Source: an uncultured Acidobacteriota bacterium
GTDB lineage: Bacteria > Acidobacteriota > UBA6911 > RPQK01 > JAPXNP01
Assembly (NCBI GenBank): GCA_963777605.1
Contig: CAVZRV010000007.1
Location: 1,056,001 to 1,120,000 of the forward strand
Direction of reading: 5' to 3'
Length of the DNA: 64,000 nt
The notes beneath the pieces were generated by a model. The model did no database searches, had not been told where the DNA came from, and saw only the letters and a list, made by a program, of their open reading frames with translations. How positions within the stretch are numbered: the stretch's first letter is position 1; the number at the start of each line of letters is the position of its first letter. Positions 1 through 10,381 of this stretch are shown here, one piece after another. The translations under genes and the position numbers were made by a program.

Positions 1-321
1 ACGCGACTCGTCGACGTTTTTGTGGAGTTTTCTTCAGCCGGATCGTTCCTGATGGAAGAGTACATTCTGGGGAGAATCACGATTGCCTCGGGTAGTGGTT
101 TGATTGCCCCTCGGTCGGCTGTCCTTCCGGAAGACAACCACTACACATTGTTCACGGTCAACCAACAGAGAGCCGTAAAGCACGAAGTCAAGGTCGGGTT
201 GGAGAACGATAAAGAAGTGCAGGTGCTCGGACCGAATTTGAAAGAAGGCCAGGATGTCGTGATCCTCGGAAACTATGTCCTCACGGACGGTATGGCAGTC
301 GAGATTCAGCCCGGTTCATAG
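1..321 (+). CDS. Efflux RND transporter periplasmic adaptor subunit, C-terminal part (5' end outside window)
   Basis: Membrane fusion protein C-terminus (IAPRSAV...VKVGLEND.EVQVLG.NLKEGQDVVILGNY.L.DG..V) directly upstream of an RND permease. Confidence 0.8.
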   Translation, partial: TRLVDVFVEFSSAGSFLMEEYILGRITIASGSGLIAPRSAVLPEDNHYTLFTVNQQRAVKHEVKVGLENDKEVQVLGPNLKEGQDVVILGNYVLTDGMAVEIQPGS

Positions 322-405
322 GCGCATGTGCTCGAAAGGCGATTGTGGGGTTCGGCAGGGATCGGTCTTGTGTCGAGGTGATGCCCCGGAAATCAGGCTT
401 GATAG

Positions 406-3400
406 ATGAATGTAACCAAGTGGATCCAGGAGCACCAGCGCTCAATTCTATTTCTCTTGCTCCTTCTCGTTGCAGGAGGGGTTCTGAGCGCGTTGAGGCT
501 TCCGGTCGCCCTGTTTCCGCACGTTAATTTCCCCCGAATCCAGGTCGCCCTTGACGCCGGGGATCGCCCTGCAGACAGAATGGGAGTGGAGGTCACGTTC
601 CCTGTCGAGGAGGCGGTTAGGGCCGTCCCCGGGGTCCGTCGGGTGAGGTCCACGACGAGCCGGGGAGGTGCCGATATCTCCATCAATTTCGAGTGGGGCG
701 AAGACATGATGACCGCCATGCTGCAAGTGGAATCGGCGATCAATCAAGTCCTCTCGACTCTGCCTGCTGGTACCAGGTTCACGGTCCGCCGCATGGATCC
801 CACGGTCTTTCCGGTGCTCGCCTACAGTCTGAGATCTGATTCCCATACGTTGGTTGAGCTTCGTGACATTGCCGTGTATCAGCTGAGGCCGATTCTCTCC
901 ACCGTAAATGGCGTTGCCAGTATCGGTGTTCTGGGAGGGGCCCAGGAAGAGTACCGGGTCACTGTCGATCGCTCAAAGCTCGCCTCGTTCGGACTGTCTC
1001 TCGGCGATGTTGCCCGAGCCCTGTCGGCTTCCAACGTGATCACCGCAGTCGGACGGCTGGAACAGCATTACAAGCTTTACCTGGTTGTCTCGGATACCCG
1101 GTTCAGAAGCCTCGCGCAGATCAGGGAGACGGTTCTTCGTTCCGGGGAGAACGGGATCGTACAGCTCGATGACGTGGCCAATGTAAGCCGGGAGACGGCA
1201 CCCCACTGGACGCGAGTCACTGCTGATGGCCAAGAGGCTGTCATCTTCCAGGTTTTCCAGCAACCTGGGGGCAACACCGTCCAGATCGCCGGCGAGCTGA
1301 AGTCGAAGTTGGCCGACTTCCGGAGTCGACTTCCATCCGGAATTCACATCGCTAACTGGTACGATCAAAGTCAGTTGATCCTCGCTTCGGCCGGAAGTGT
1401 TCGGGACGCCGTCATCATTGGAGTTGTACTGGCCGCCCTGACCCTGCTTCTTTTTCTCCGAAACCTCAAGATCACGCTGATCGCCATAATCGCGGTGCCC
1501 AGCGTTCTATCTGCAGCTGCACTCTTACTCTATGTCCTCCACAACAGCTTCAACATCATGACCCTGGGCGGCATGGCGGCGGCGGTTGGACTCATCATCG
1601 ACGATACGATCGTAATGCTGGAGCACATTATCCGACGGCTTCGCGGCGACCCGAACCGGCACGAGGGGAGGGTAATGATTGCGGTTCAAGAGTTTACGCG
1701 GCCCCTCGTGGGATCCTCGGCATCCACCGTCATTGTTTTCACTCCATTGGCTTTCCTGTCCGGAGTTACGGGCGCTTTTTTCAAAGCGCTGTCCCTTACA
1801 ATGGCTTCGAGCCTGATCATCTCTTTTTTTGTAGCCTGGCTCGCGGTTCCGCTGTTGGCGAACCATTGGCTTGGCGAAAAAGATGCCCGCCAGAGGGAGG
1901 CGGGACTGGTCACTCACTGGCTGCACGGAATCTACAAGCGTGGCATGACGCCGCTGTTGCGTTATCCCTGGCTGGTTGTTCTCCTGATCGTTCCTTTGGC
2001 ACTGGCGGGATGGTTCAGTTACCGTCATTTGGGTTCCGGCTTCATGCCGTCGATGGATGAAGGCGGATTCATTTTGGATTATCGCGCACCCTTTGGAACC
2101 TCTCTGACCGAAACCGATCGGCTGCTTCGACAGGTAGAGCAGATCTTGAAAGCGACTCCCGCGGTTCAAACCTACTCGCGGCGGACCGGCATTCAGCTTG
2201 GTGGGGGGATTACCGAAGCCAATGAAGGCGATTTCTTCGTCCGGCTGAAGCCTTTTCCCAGGGAACCGATCGATTCCGTGATCAATCAGGTCCGCTCCCG
2301 AATCGAGCAATCCGTACCGGGACTGCAGGTCGAGATGGCACAGTTGATGGAGGATCTGATCGGAGACTTGACGTCGGTTCCACAGCCGATTGAGATCAAG
2401 CTTTTCTCCGATGACTCGAGCGAGCTGTACAAAATGGCTCCAAAAGTTGCCCGGGAAATCGAGAAGGTCCAGGGCGTTGTGGACATCAAGGATGGCATCG
2501 TACTTGCCGGAGATGCCATCGATCTCCAAGTCGACCGTGTGAAGGCTTCACTCGAAGGAGTCGATCCCGAATCCGTGACTCAGACTCTGTTCAGCTACTT
2601 GAGCGGATCCGTCACAACCCGGGTTCAGAAAGGGCCGAAAATGGTCGGTGTCCGAGTCTGGATCCCGAAAACTGCTCGCTCAACGGAAGGGAACATTGAA
2701 GAACTACTTCTCCATGCCCCTGACGGCCACCTCTTTCCCGTCAAGCGAGTTGCCACGGTTTCAGTGATCAACGGCCAACGTCAGATCATGCGGGAAGACC
2801 TTAAGCGAATGGTCCCAGTTACGGCACGGATCAGCGGGCGAGACATGGGGTCGGTCGTCAGGGACATCAAGCAGGTTCTTCAGCGCCCGGGCATGTTCCC
2901 GCAATCGGTTTATTACGATTTTGGTGGATTGTACGCACAGCAACAGACGGCATTCGCCGGCCTGCTGATCGTGATCATGGCCGCAATTCTTCTCGTGTTT
3001 CTCCTCCTGCTGTTCCTATACGAGCAGTTCCGCGTTGCACTGGCGATCCTGTTTACAACCCTGACGGCGATGACGGCGGTCTTCATTGGATTGTGGTTGA
3101 CGGGTACACAGATGAACATTTCTTCGATGATGGGAATGACAATGATCGTCGGCATTGTCACCGAGGTCGGCATCTTTTACGTATCCGAGTATTACGATCT
3201 GCCCGGTGACACGACTCGTGCCACAGTTCTGATCGAAGCCGGAGTCAATCGGATGCGACCAATCGCCATGACAACCTGCGCCGCGATCCTGGCGCTGCTC
3301 CCGCTCGCGTTGGGGATCGGACAGGGGGCAGCTATGCAGCAACCGCTGGCGATAGCCATCATTTCTGGTCTGTTGGTCCAGCTTCCCCTGGTTCTCGTAC

Positions 3401-3459
3401 TTTTGCCGGTCCTTTTGGAAATTTCAAGGGTGAGGCAGCCCCACCATAGGAATTCTTGA
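406..3459 (+). CDS. Efflux RND transporter permease subunit (AcrB/CzcA family)
   Basis: 1017 aa; LPVALFP N-terminus, GLIIDDTIV TM4 motif, RMRPIAMT and QPLAIAIISG C-terminal motifs. Confidence 0.95.
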   Translation: MNVTKWIQEHQRSILFLLLLLVAGGVLSALRLPVALFPHVNFPRIQVALDAGDRPADRMGVEVTFPVEEAVRAVPGVRRVRSTTSRGGADISINFEWGEDMMTAMLQVESAINQVLSTLPAGTRFTVRRMDPTVFPVLAYSLRSDSHTLVELRDIAVYQLRPILSTVNGVASIGVLGGAQEEYRVTVDRSKLASFGLSLGDVARALSASNVITAVGRLEQHYKLYLVVSDTRFRSLAQIRETVLRSGENGIVQLDDVANVSRETAPHWTRVTADGQEAVIFQVFQQPGGNTVQIAGELKSKLADFRSRLPSGIHIANWYDQSQLILASAGSVRDAVIIGVVLAALTLLLFLRNLKITLIAIIAVPSVLSAAALLLYVLHNSFNIMTLGGMAAAVGLIIDDTIVMLEHIIRRLRGDPNRHEGRVMIAVQEFTRPLVGSSASTVIVFTPLAFLSGVTGAFFKALSLTMASSLIISFFVAWLAVPLLANHWLGEKDARQREAGLVTHWLHGIYKRGMTPLLRYPWLVVLLIVPLALAGWFSYRHLGSGFMPSMDEGGFILDYRAPFGTSLTETDRLLRQVEQILKATPAVQTYSRRTGIQLGGGITEANEGDFFVRLKPFPREPIDSVINQVRSRIEQSVPGLQVEMAQLMEDLIGDLTSVPQPIEIKLFSDDSSELYKMAPKVAREIEKVQGVVDIKDGIVLAGDAIDLQVDRVKASLEGVDPESVTQTLFSYLSGSVTTRVQKGPKMVGVRVWIPKTARSTEGNIEELLLHAPDGHLFPVKRVATVSVINGQRQIMREDLKRMVPVTARISGRDMGSVVRDIKQVLQRPGMFPQSVYYDFGGLYAQQQTAFAGLLIVIMAAILLVFLLLLFLYEQFRVALAILFTTLTAMTAVFIGLWLTGTQMNISSMMGMTMIVGIVTEVGIFYVSEYYDLPGDTTRATVLIEAGVNRMRPIAMTTCAAILALLPLALGIGQGAAMQQPLAIAIISGLLVQLPLVLVLLPVLLEISRVRQPHHRNS

Positions 3460-3494
3460 TATTCGAGGTGATGTGGAGTCGATAGAAGGAAACG

Positions 3495-3515
3495 AAAAGC
3501 CCATCTCGAGGCTTC
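3495..3515 (-). terminator. Possible intrinsic terminator between convergent genes
   Basis: Minus strand reads GAAGCC-N8-GGCTTTT just after the stop at 3519; short stem. Confidence 0.3.
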
Positions 3516-3518
3516 TGC

Positions 3519-4004
3519 TCAGTCAACCAAAGTTTCGGCAGTGGGACTCTTGAAGGAAATCCACAGCGGGTTCAACCATCCGATGATGGTTCCGTAGATC
3601 AAATGGAGGATCAACGTAACGAGCAAGTATTTCGGGCCTGGCGCCAGATGGAAAGGATCGTCTGGAGCGAGTTGACCGGCCTCTCCGAATCCGAAAAGAC
3701 CCCATCCTATGATGGGACTGTAAATGAGCATAAGGGCGAGCCAAAGACACAAGGCCAAACCAATCCCTCTGGCGATGTTGGTCTTCTCTTGAAAGAGCTG
3801 TACGAGCAGAATTGACCAGAGGGCTCCATACCCTAAATGGACGAGTAAGGCGAGAGGGCCGACATTCACTCCCAGTCGCTGAAGAAATGCCGCCGACGGG
3901 GTGATATTGAAGGGCGCCATTCCACTGTGGATTCCCAGCATCATGATGATGAACATCACGACACTTCCGACAATTCCGACTAGAGCCGGTTTCAACTTCT
4001 GCAC
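3519..4004 (-). CDS. Hypothetical membrane protein, about 4 TM helices with two intramembrane His
   Basis: 161 aa hydrophobic ORF, GTG start with AGGGAG upstream; LVHLGYG and ILHLIYG helices. Confidence 0.75.
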   Translation of the reverse strand: MQKLKPALVGIVGSVVMFIIMMLGIHSGMAPFNITPSAAFLQRLGVNVGPLALLVHLGYGALWSILLVQLFQEKTNIARGIGLALCLWLALMLIYSPIIGWGLFGFGEAGQLAPDDPFHLAPGPKYLLVTLILHLIYGTIIGWLNPLWISFKSPTAETLVD

Positions 4005-4370
4005 TTGAGTCTCCCTTGCAAATTTGTGCGGGGCAATTAATAACTACCATACACGCTATTTGAGAAGAGATAAAAGCGAGCATGGACAGGGCGCTCTTCT
4101 GTCCACGAGAAGTCCCAGGACGGTAGCGCGTTCCCAACTCCTGCTACGGCGGAACGACATAGCCGAATAGCATTGGTGATCGTTGATTTTTGAGTCGTGT
4201 CCTGGAGGCGAAAGCGCGGGATCCGGAGGATTGTTGAGATCCCGATCATTTCGTCCCGCAGAATGGGACTTGGGTTTGGTGAGACGCCGGAAGGAGATAC
4301 CGTCACTGAAGCTGGCACGGTTCGGCCAGTTGCCTCGCGCCCGGCAACAGAGGGGGGACCGCGCGATCGA

Positions 4371-4479
4371 ATGCCCGGTGAGAGGTAACGGAAGCTCTCG
4401 CTTCCTGACCGTGCCCGAACCGTTCCGCGGTGGGCAAGAGCGGAAGCTGCCGCTTCCGACACTCCATATTAAAGTGGCG
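4371..4479. repeat. REP/REPIN-like dispersed repeat, copy 1
   Basis: Aligns over ~110 bp with 58686..58794; two GGAAGC-N4-GCTTCC hairpins. Confidence 0.8.
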
Positions 4480-4672
4480 TTCTATCCACACCCACGTTGC
4501 TTGTACCGGCATCCGGCTTTCCTCCACCTTAACAGCCGTCAGAGAATCACCCGCCGCACCTGTACCGGGCAAAATGGTTGAGGCCTTGTGCCCCCCTGGC
4601 GCCTGTTGCGATTTCTCGTCAGGTGCCCGGGAGCGCAAGGCCCCGTGGAGTCACTTGTTGCAGCGACTGAGG

Positions 4673-6001
4673 TCAGGGTTGAACCGGTGAGTCGGCCTGG
4701 ACAGCGACCTGCTGGGTGGTTGTGTTGCCGACAGCGGCTTCCGGCCCGCGTTTTCCAACACCGTCCCAAGCCAGGCCAAGGGCCAGCATGAAGATCGCGG
4801 CGGCTCCCGCGAGGACCCACTTCATGACCCCGAGATTGGATCGACGGAGTTGTACCACGGCCGGGAGTTCATCGGTCAGATCCTCGGGAGTTGCTTCCGG
4901 GAAGATGTCCAGGTAGCGAACCGCCAAGGCGAAGATGAGGCACCCGATCCCGACGATGCTCAGGGTGACAGCCGCCTCGGACAGGCTGGGCATGTAGGAG
5001 AAGCCGGCTGCCCGCTCCATCCCGGTGATGCTGACGTTCAGGCGGTTGAAGATGAAGCCCGAGATCACCATCAGGGACGACACGAAGAGGCCCAGCTGGT
5101 TCTGGCGAATTTTGGGGATGGCCAGGAAGATGATCGGAGCAATGACCCCCAGGATCATTTCCGCCTGGAAGAGTCGGGCTTCGTAGTTGCTTCCCAGTGC
5201 CAGCGGGACGACGCCGCGATGGATCAGGTCCTGCACGCGCAGAACCAGAAACATCGACAGCACCCAGACGATGACCTTCCCCAGGTCGCTCAGCAGGGGA
5301 AGCTCAAGCCTTCGGCCGAAAGCGCGAAAACTGAGGAACGATTCGAAGATCGTCATCGCACAACCCAGCGCCACCGCCGACACGAAGAAGAAGAAGGGCA
5401 GCAGCGGGGAGTACCAGAGCGGGTAAAGCTTGCCGGGGACGATCAGGTAAAGCGTCCCCAGGGACGATTGGTGCAGCGAAGAGAGGACCACGCCCGCAAT
5501 GACGAGCGGGATCATCAGGCTCTTGACGACTTTGAGCGGCTTGGCCCAACCGAGCTTTTGAAAGACAGCCGGGCTGAACTCGAGGGCGAGGACCGTACTG
5601 TAGAGCATGACGCACCAGCCCACCTCGAACATGACCGAGCGCGGATTCCACATGATGAGCGGATGCCAGATCCGGTCGCTGCGGCCCAGGTCGAACATGA
5701 TTGCCACGACGACCAGTGAATAGCCGAGAAACGCGGTGAGGATCGTCGGGCGAATGATAGGGCGAAATCGCTCGATGTGGAAAACGTAGACGATCGCACT
5801 GATCGTGAATCCGCCCGCCGCCAGGGCGACCCCGCAGAGGACATCGAAGCCGATCCAAAGTCCCCAGGGGAACTGGTCGCTCAGGTTCGTACTGGCCCCA
5901 AGGCCGTGAAAGAACCTCAAATAGGTGCTGTAGAGTCCGCCAATCAGAACTCCGACCAGGACAATCCGCCAGAAAGTAGGTTTTGGAAGACTGATATTCA
6001 T
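4673..6001 (-). CDS. NrfD-family membrane subunit (HybB/HmcC-like)
   Basis: TNLSDQFPWGLWIGFDVLCGVALAAGGF, DLGR..RIWHPL, FEV.WC and LHQSSLG motifs; about 10 TM plus an extra C-terminal TM and linker. Confidence 0.92.
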   Translation of the reverse strand: MNISLPKPTFWRIVLVGVLIGGLYSTYLRFFHGLGASTNLSDQFPWGLWIGFDVLCGVALAAGGFTISAIVYVFHIERFRPIIRPTILTAFLGYSLVVVAIMFDLGRSDRIWHPLIMWNPRSVMFEVGWCVMLYSTVLALEFSPAVFQKLGWAKPLKVVKSLMIPLVIAGVVLSSLHQSSLGTLYLIVPGKLYPLWYSPLLPFFFFVSAVALGCAMTIFESFLSFRAFGRRLELPLLSDLGKVIVWVLSMFLVLRVQDLIHRGVVPLALGSNYEARLFQAEMILGVIAPIIFLAIPKIRQNQLGLFVSSLMVISGFIFNRLNVSITGMERAAGFSYMPSLSEAAVTLSIVGIGCLIFALAVRYLDIFPEATPEDLTDELPAVVQLRRSNLGVMKWVLAGAAAIFMLALGLAWDGVGKRGPEAAVGNTTTQQVAVQADSPVQP

Positions 6002-6768
6002 TTCGACAACTCCCCTCCCTCTGCGAGGCGAACTTCTTCACGGCGTTTGGTAATCCACCAGATGCCACCGAGGAATACCGAAGCAGCAACAGAGAACCGG
6101 GGTATCTTCTCAAGAACCGCCGCGGTCAGCTCAGGCAGCGGCTCGTTTCCAAGATTTACCGGGAAGCCGAGTTCTGCGGGTGAAACGTCTGAAATCACCA
6201 GCACTGATGTGCCACCGATTTCATGTTCCCCGTAGATGTGGTTGTAGTAGGTGTCGGGATCGGCCGCGATGCGGGACTTGGCTTCTGCCAGCATCTCGTC
6301 GCGGTCCCCGAACATGGTCGCGCCGGCCGGACAGGCTTCAGCGCAGGCGGTGGGTTGGCCCTGAGCCAGCCGGTCCGCACACATCGTGCACTTCCTGACC
6401 TTGGGGAGCCGAGCTTGCCAGGTGTACTTGGGTACGTCGAACGGGCAGGCCTGGACGCAATACCGGCAACCCATGCAACGGTCTTCGTGATAGACCACCG
6501 GACCCGCGGCCGTCTTTTCCAGTGCTCCAACCGGGCAGACGGAAACGCACGTGGGATCGACGCAATGCATGCACATTCTGCGGAGGTAGCGGTCGTCCTC
6601 GTCGACGAGAATCGTAAAGGTGTTTTCAGAGAGATGATCGTTCAGAAAGTCATCCGAAGTCTCAGGTAGTCCGTTCTTTTCCTTGCAGGCCTCGTAGCAG
6701 GAACCGCAACCGACACACTGAGTCGTGTCGATCAGCAGGGCCTTTGGGCTTGAACCAGTGGTAGCCAT
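5998..6768 (-). CDS. 4x[4Fe-4S] electron transfer subunit (HybA-like) with C-terminal membrane anchor
   Basis: CVGCGSCYEAC, CMHCVDPTCVSVC, CMGCRYCVQAC, KCTMC...ACAEAC; HIYGEHEIGGT; stop overlaps the NrfD start. Confidence 0.93.
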   Translation of the reverse strand: MATTGSSPKALLIDTTQCVGCGSCYEACKEKNGLPETSDDFLNDHLSENTFTILVDEDDRYLRRMCMHCVDPTCVSVCPVGALEKTAAGPVVYHEDRCMGCRYCVQACPFDVPKYTWQARLPKVRKCTMCADRLAQGQPTACAEACPAGATMFGDRDEMLAEAKSRIAADPDTYYNHIYGEHEIGGTSVLVISDVSPAELGFPVNLGNEPLPELTAAVLEKIPRFSVAASVFLGGIWWITKRREEVRLAEGGELSK

Positions 6769-6832
6769 TTGAATGCCGTCTCCTTCCAGGTCGTTATGAT
6801 GGGATCTTCGTGCAGAGACTGATACACGAGCT

Positions 6833-7510
6833 CTACATCTTCAGGAACTGAGTTTCGAACTCCGCAACCGTTGAAGAGTCGACGTGACGAAGTGCACCAG
6901 CGGCAAGGGTTCCACCATCGGGCATCGCCGGAACGGCGACAAGTTCGTCTACCCGCGGCGAATCAATCAGGAACGAGCGCATCCTGGCCAGTTCCGACTG
7001 GAGCCACTCAACGGCATTCTTGCCGAGACGAAATGCTCCAATTTCTTTCTGCATAGAGGACGGTTCGATCTCGCAGATCCAGTGCCGGTAAGGCGAGGAA
7101 CTGATAACCGGCGGTTCTTCAGCCGCTTCCTGGTTAATGCGGGTAACGGTCCCGGCAACAGGACTGGCGAAGCGAATCTGGCGATCGCCAAACTGTGCCG
7201 AAAAGAGGCCTTCTCCGGTCTTCATCGAAGAACCGGCCTGGGGAAGGCTGAAGCCGGACAATTTGCCAGTCAGCCCGGTTATCAGGGAATCGATCCCGAT
7301 CCTGACCTTTCCATCTTCACGAAGGGCAACCCAGGTGTGGCCGGGGGAAAGGAACAGGCCGCCGGGGACTTCCACTCCACCCAGAGTGAAGGGTTCAAGC
7401 GCCCTCTCCGGTGAGGCAGCAGCCTCGCGTTGCCGATCCTGGACAAACTGAACAACGCCGTCGGCCAAAACAAAACCAATGAGCGTGAGCACAACAAGTA
7501 ATGCAACCAT
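6833..7510 (-). CDS. Membrane-anchored glycine cleavage H-like protein lacking the lipoyl lysine
   Basis: GHTWV, VRIGID, LP..G and SPVAGTVTRIN..PY.HW GcvH motifs; N-terminal hydrophobic helix; AQFGDR where ESVK is expected; GGAGG RBS. Confidence 0.85.
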   Translation of the reverse strand: MVALLVVLTLIGFVLADGVVQFVQDRQREAAASPERALEPFTLGGVEVPGGLFLSPGHTWVALREDGKVRIGIDSLITGLTGKLSGFSLPQAGSSMKTGEGLFSAQFGDRQIRFASPVAGTVTRINQEAAEEPPVISSSPYRHWICEIEPSSMQKEIGAFRLGKNAVEWLQSELARMRSFLIDSPRVDELVAVPAMPDGGTLAAGALRHVDSSTVAEFETQFLKM

Positions 7511-7575
7511 TCAACACCTCCAAAATATGTCCGTTCTCCGTGGCAGACGGAATACATTCACCGCAGTTCTTACTC

Positions 7576-7590
7576 GCAAGATCCTTGCCA
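7576..7590 (-). promoter_or_regulatory. Sigma54 (-24/-12) promoter of the GcvH-like/HybA/HybB operon
   Basis: TGGCAAGGATCTTGC, exact spacing of TGGCACG-N4-TTGC, 65 bp upstream of the start codon. Confidence 0.75.
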
Positions 7591-7687
7591 AACTTGCGGT
7601 GAATTTCTGGAATTCGATTAATGCTTATGGCGCAAGGGTTTACGGGGGTGGGGTGATGAAAAATTAGCCGCCCGGAAGAATCCAGGT

Positions 7688-7783
7688 TGGAGAGATATTC
7701 AACACCGCTCTGCCCGGAGCTTTCCAGTGGAGCGTAAGTGGCCTGTTATCAGCCGCTTGCAGCGTATGTTGAAAATCTAAACA
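7688..7783. promoter_or_regulatory. Candidate pair of upstream activator sequences
   Basis: TGTTGAATATCTCTCCA (minus, 7688-7704) and TGTTGAAAATCTAAACA (plus, 7767-7783), 100-190 bp upstream of the sigma54 site. Confidence 0.45.
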
Positions 7784-7816
7784 CTGACTGTGAGGATTCT
7801 CAGCAGTTTGGCGATC

Positions 7817-9236
<1,420 letters not shown>

Positions 9237-9483
9237 GATGACTCCCTGCGGATTGTTGAACCGGACTCGAATTCCCTGCTTCCAGCCAACGTTAGCAAGT
9301 CAGAGTCCGGAAAGCCAGTTGTCAACATGACTTCTGGGCATGACTTCTGGGCATTCCCGATGACAAGCCGCGGGAGCATCTGCTAGTGTTCAGAAGGGTG
9401 AGGGATCCATCGGGAACTCGAGCGGGCGGGGGCAATCATCTGCCCGGCGGTATCGTGCCGGGACCAAAAAGGACGGAAGATCG

Positions 9484-10323
9484 ATGACCAGCCGGGAATT
9501 GGGCCGACAAGCGGGACTACTGATCGGGTTGCTGTTTTGGTGGTCCGGCAGCATGGGAGGCCTTTATGCTGCTGAACTCAAGCAAGAGACGCTGGACGCG
9601 TTCAAAAAGTACGTGGAGGCGGCCGAGGCCAACATGCAGCTTCGGGTCCGGGGCGACAAACCGTTTCTTCTCGTCGACGCGCAGCCGGAGAAGCGGAAAG
9701 AAGTTCTCACCGGGCAGGTGCCGATCGAACATCTCAATGAGCTGCCGGAGTTCGACGTTCCCGACGGAATGATCCACGACTGGGTCGGATCGGTATTCAT
9801 CCCGGCGACCCCGGGGCAGGTTCTCGAGGTTCTCCGGGACTACGATCACCACAAGGACATCTACCCGGAGGTCATCGATTCAAGGACGATCGAATCCTCA
9901 CCCGACAAGCTCACAGGGTATCTCCGGCTCAAGAAGAAGAAGGTGATCACGGTAGTCCTGGATACCGAGCACGAGGTGTTCTACCAGCAGCTTCCCGAGG
10001 GGCGCTGGTACATCCATTCGTACAGCACCAGGATCAACGAGATCTCCGATTTTGGCGAGAAGACCCAGAAAATCCTTCCGGCCGGAGAGGGACATGGCTT
10101 TCTTTGGGAATTGTATGCGTACTGGTTTCTGGAGCCGATGGAGGGGGGCACGATCGCCGAGTGTCGCGCAATCAGCTTGACCCGCGATATTCCGTTCGGG
10201 TTGGGCTGGATCATCAAGCCCTTTGTTACCGCGCTGCCGCGGGAATCATTGACCCAGACCCTGGCGGCTACCCGCGACGCCGTAATCAAGCGGGAACAAG
10301 CGACCTCAAGTCCAAAAGAGTGA
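9484..10323 (+). CDS. Hypothetical exported protein, possible START/SRPBCC-like fold
   Basis: 279 aa with signal-like N-terminus; host-like codon usage; fold call is tentative. Confidence 0.75.
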   Translation: MTSRELGRQAGLLIGLLFWWSGSMGGLYAAELKQETLDAFKKYVEAAEANMQLRVRGDKPFLLVDAQPEKRKEVLTGQVPIEHLNELPEFDVPDGMIHDWVGSVFIPATPGQVLEVLRDYDHHKDIYPEVIDSRTIESSPDKLTGYLRLKKKKVITVVLDTEHEVFYQQLPEGRWYIHSYSTRINEISDFGEKTQKILPAGEGHGFLWELYAYWFLEPMEGGTIAECRAISLTRDIPFGLGWIIKPFVTALPRESLTQTLAATRDAVIKREQATSSPKE

Positions 10324-10381
10324 ACGCGAACGCCAAAACCGGATCACCAGGGAAGTCACATCCTGCCCGAAACCCGAAACC

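Noticed and set aside
4018-4032. Sigma54-like TTTGC upstream of the 161-aa membrane protein
   Set aside because: No GG at -24 and spacing is off
4673-4675. TGA ending the NrfD gene as possible selenocysteine
   Set aside because: Not at a conserved Cys position, another stop follows 17 codons later, no evident SECIS
4673-6768. Calling the locus a hydrogenase-2 operon
   Set aside because: No NiFe large or small subunit or maturation genes adjacent
6833-7510. Calling this gene gcvH
   Set aside because: No lipoyl Lys, extra TM, no gcvT or gcvP nearby
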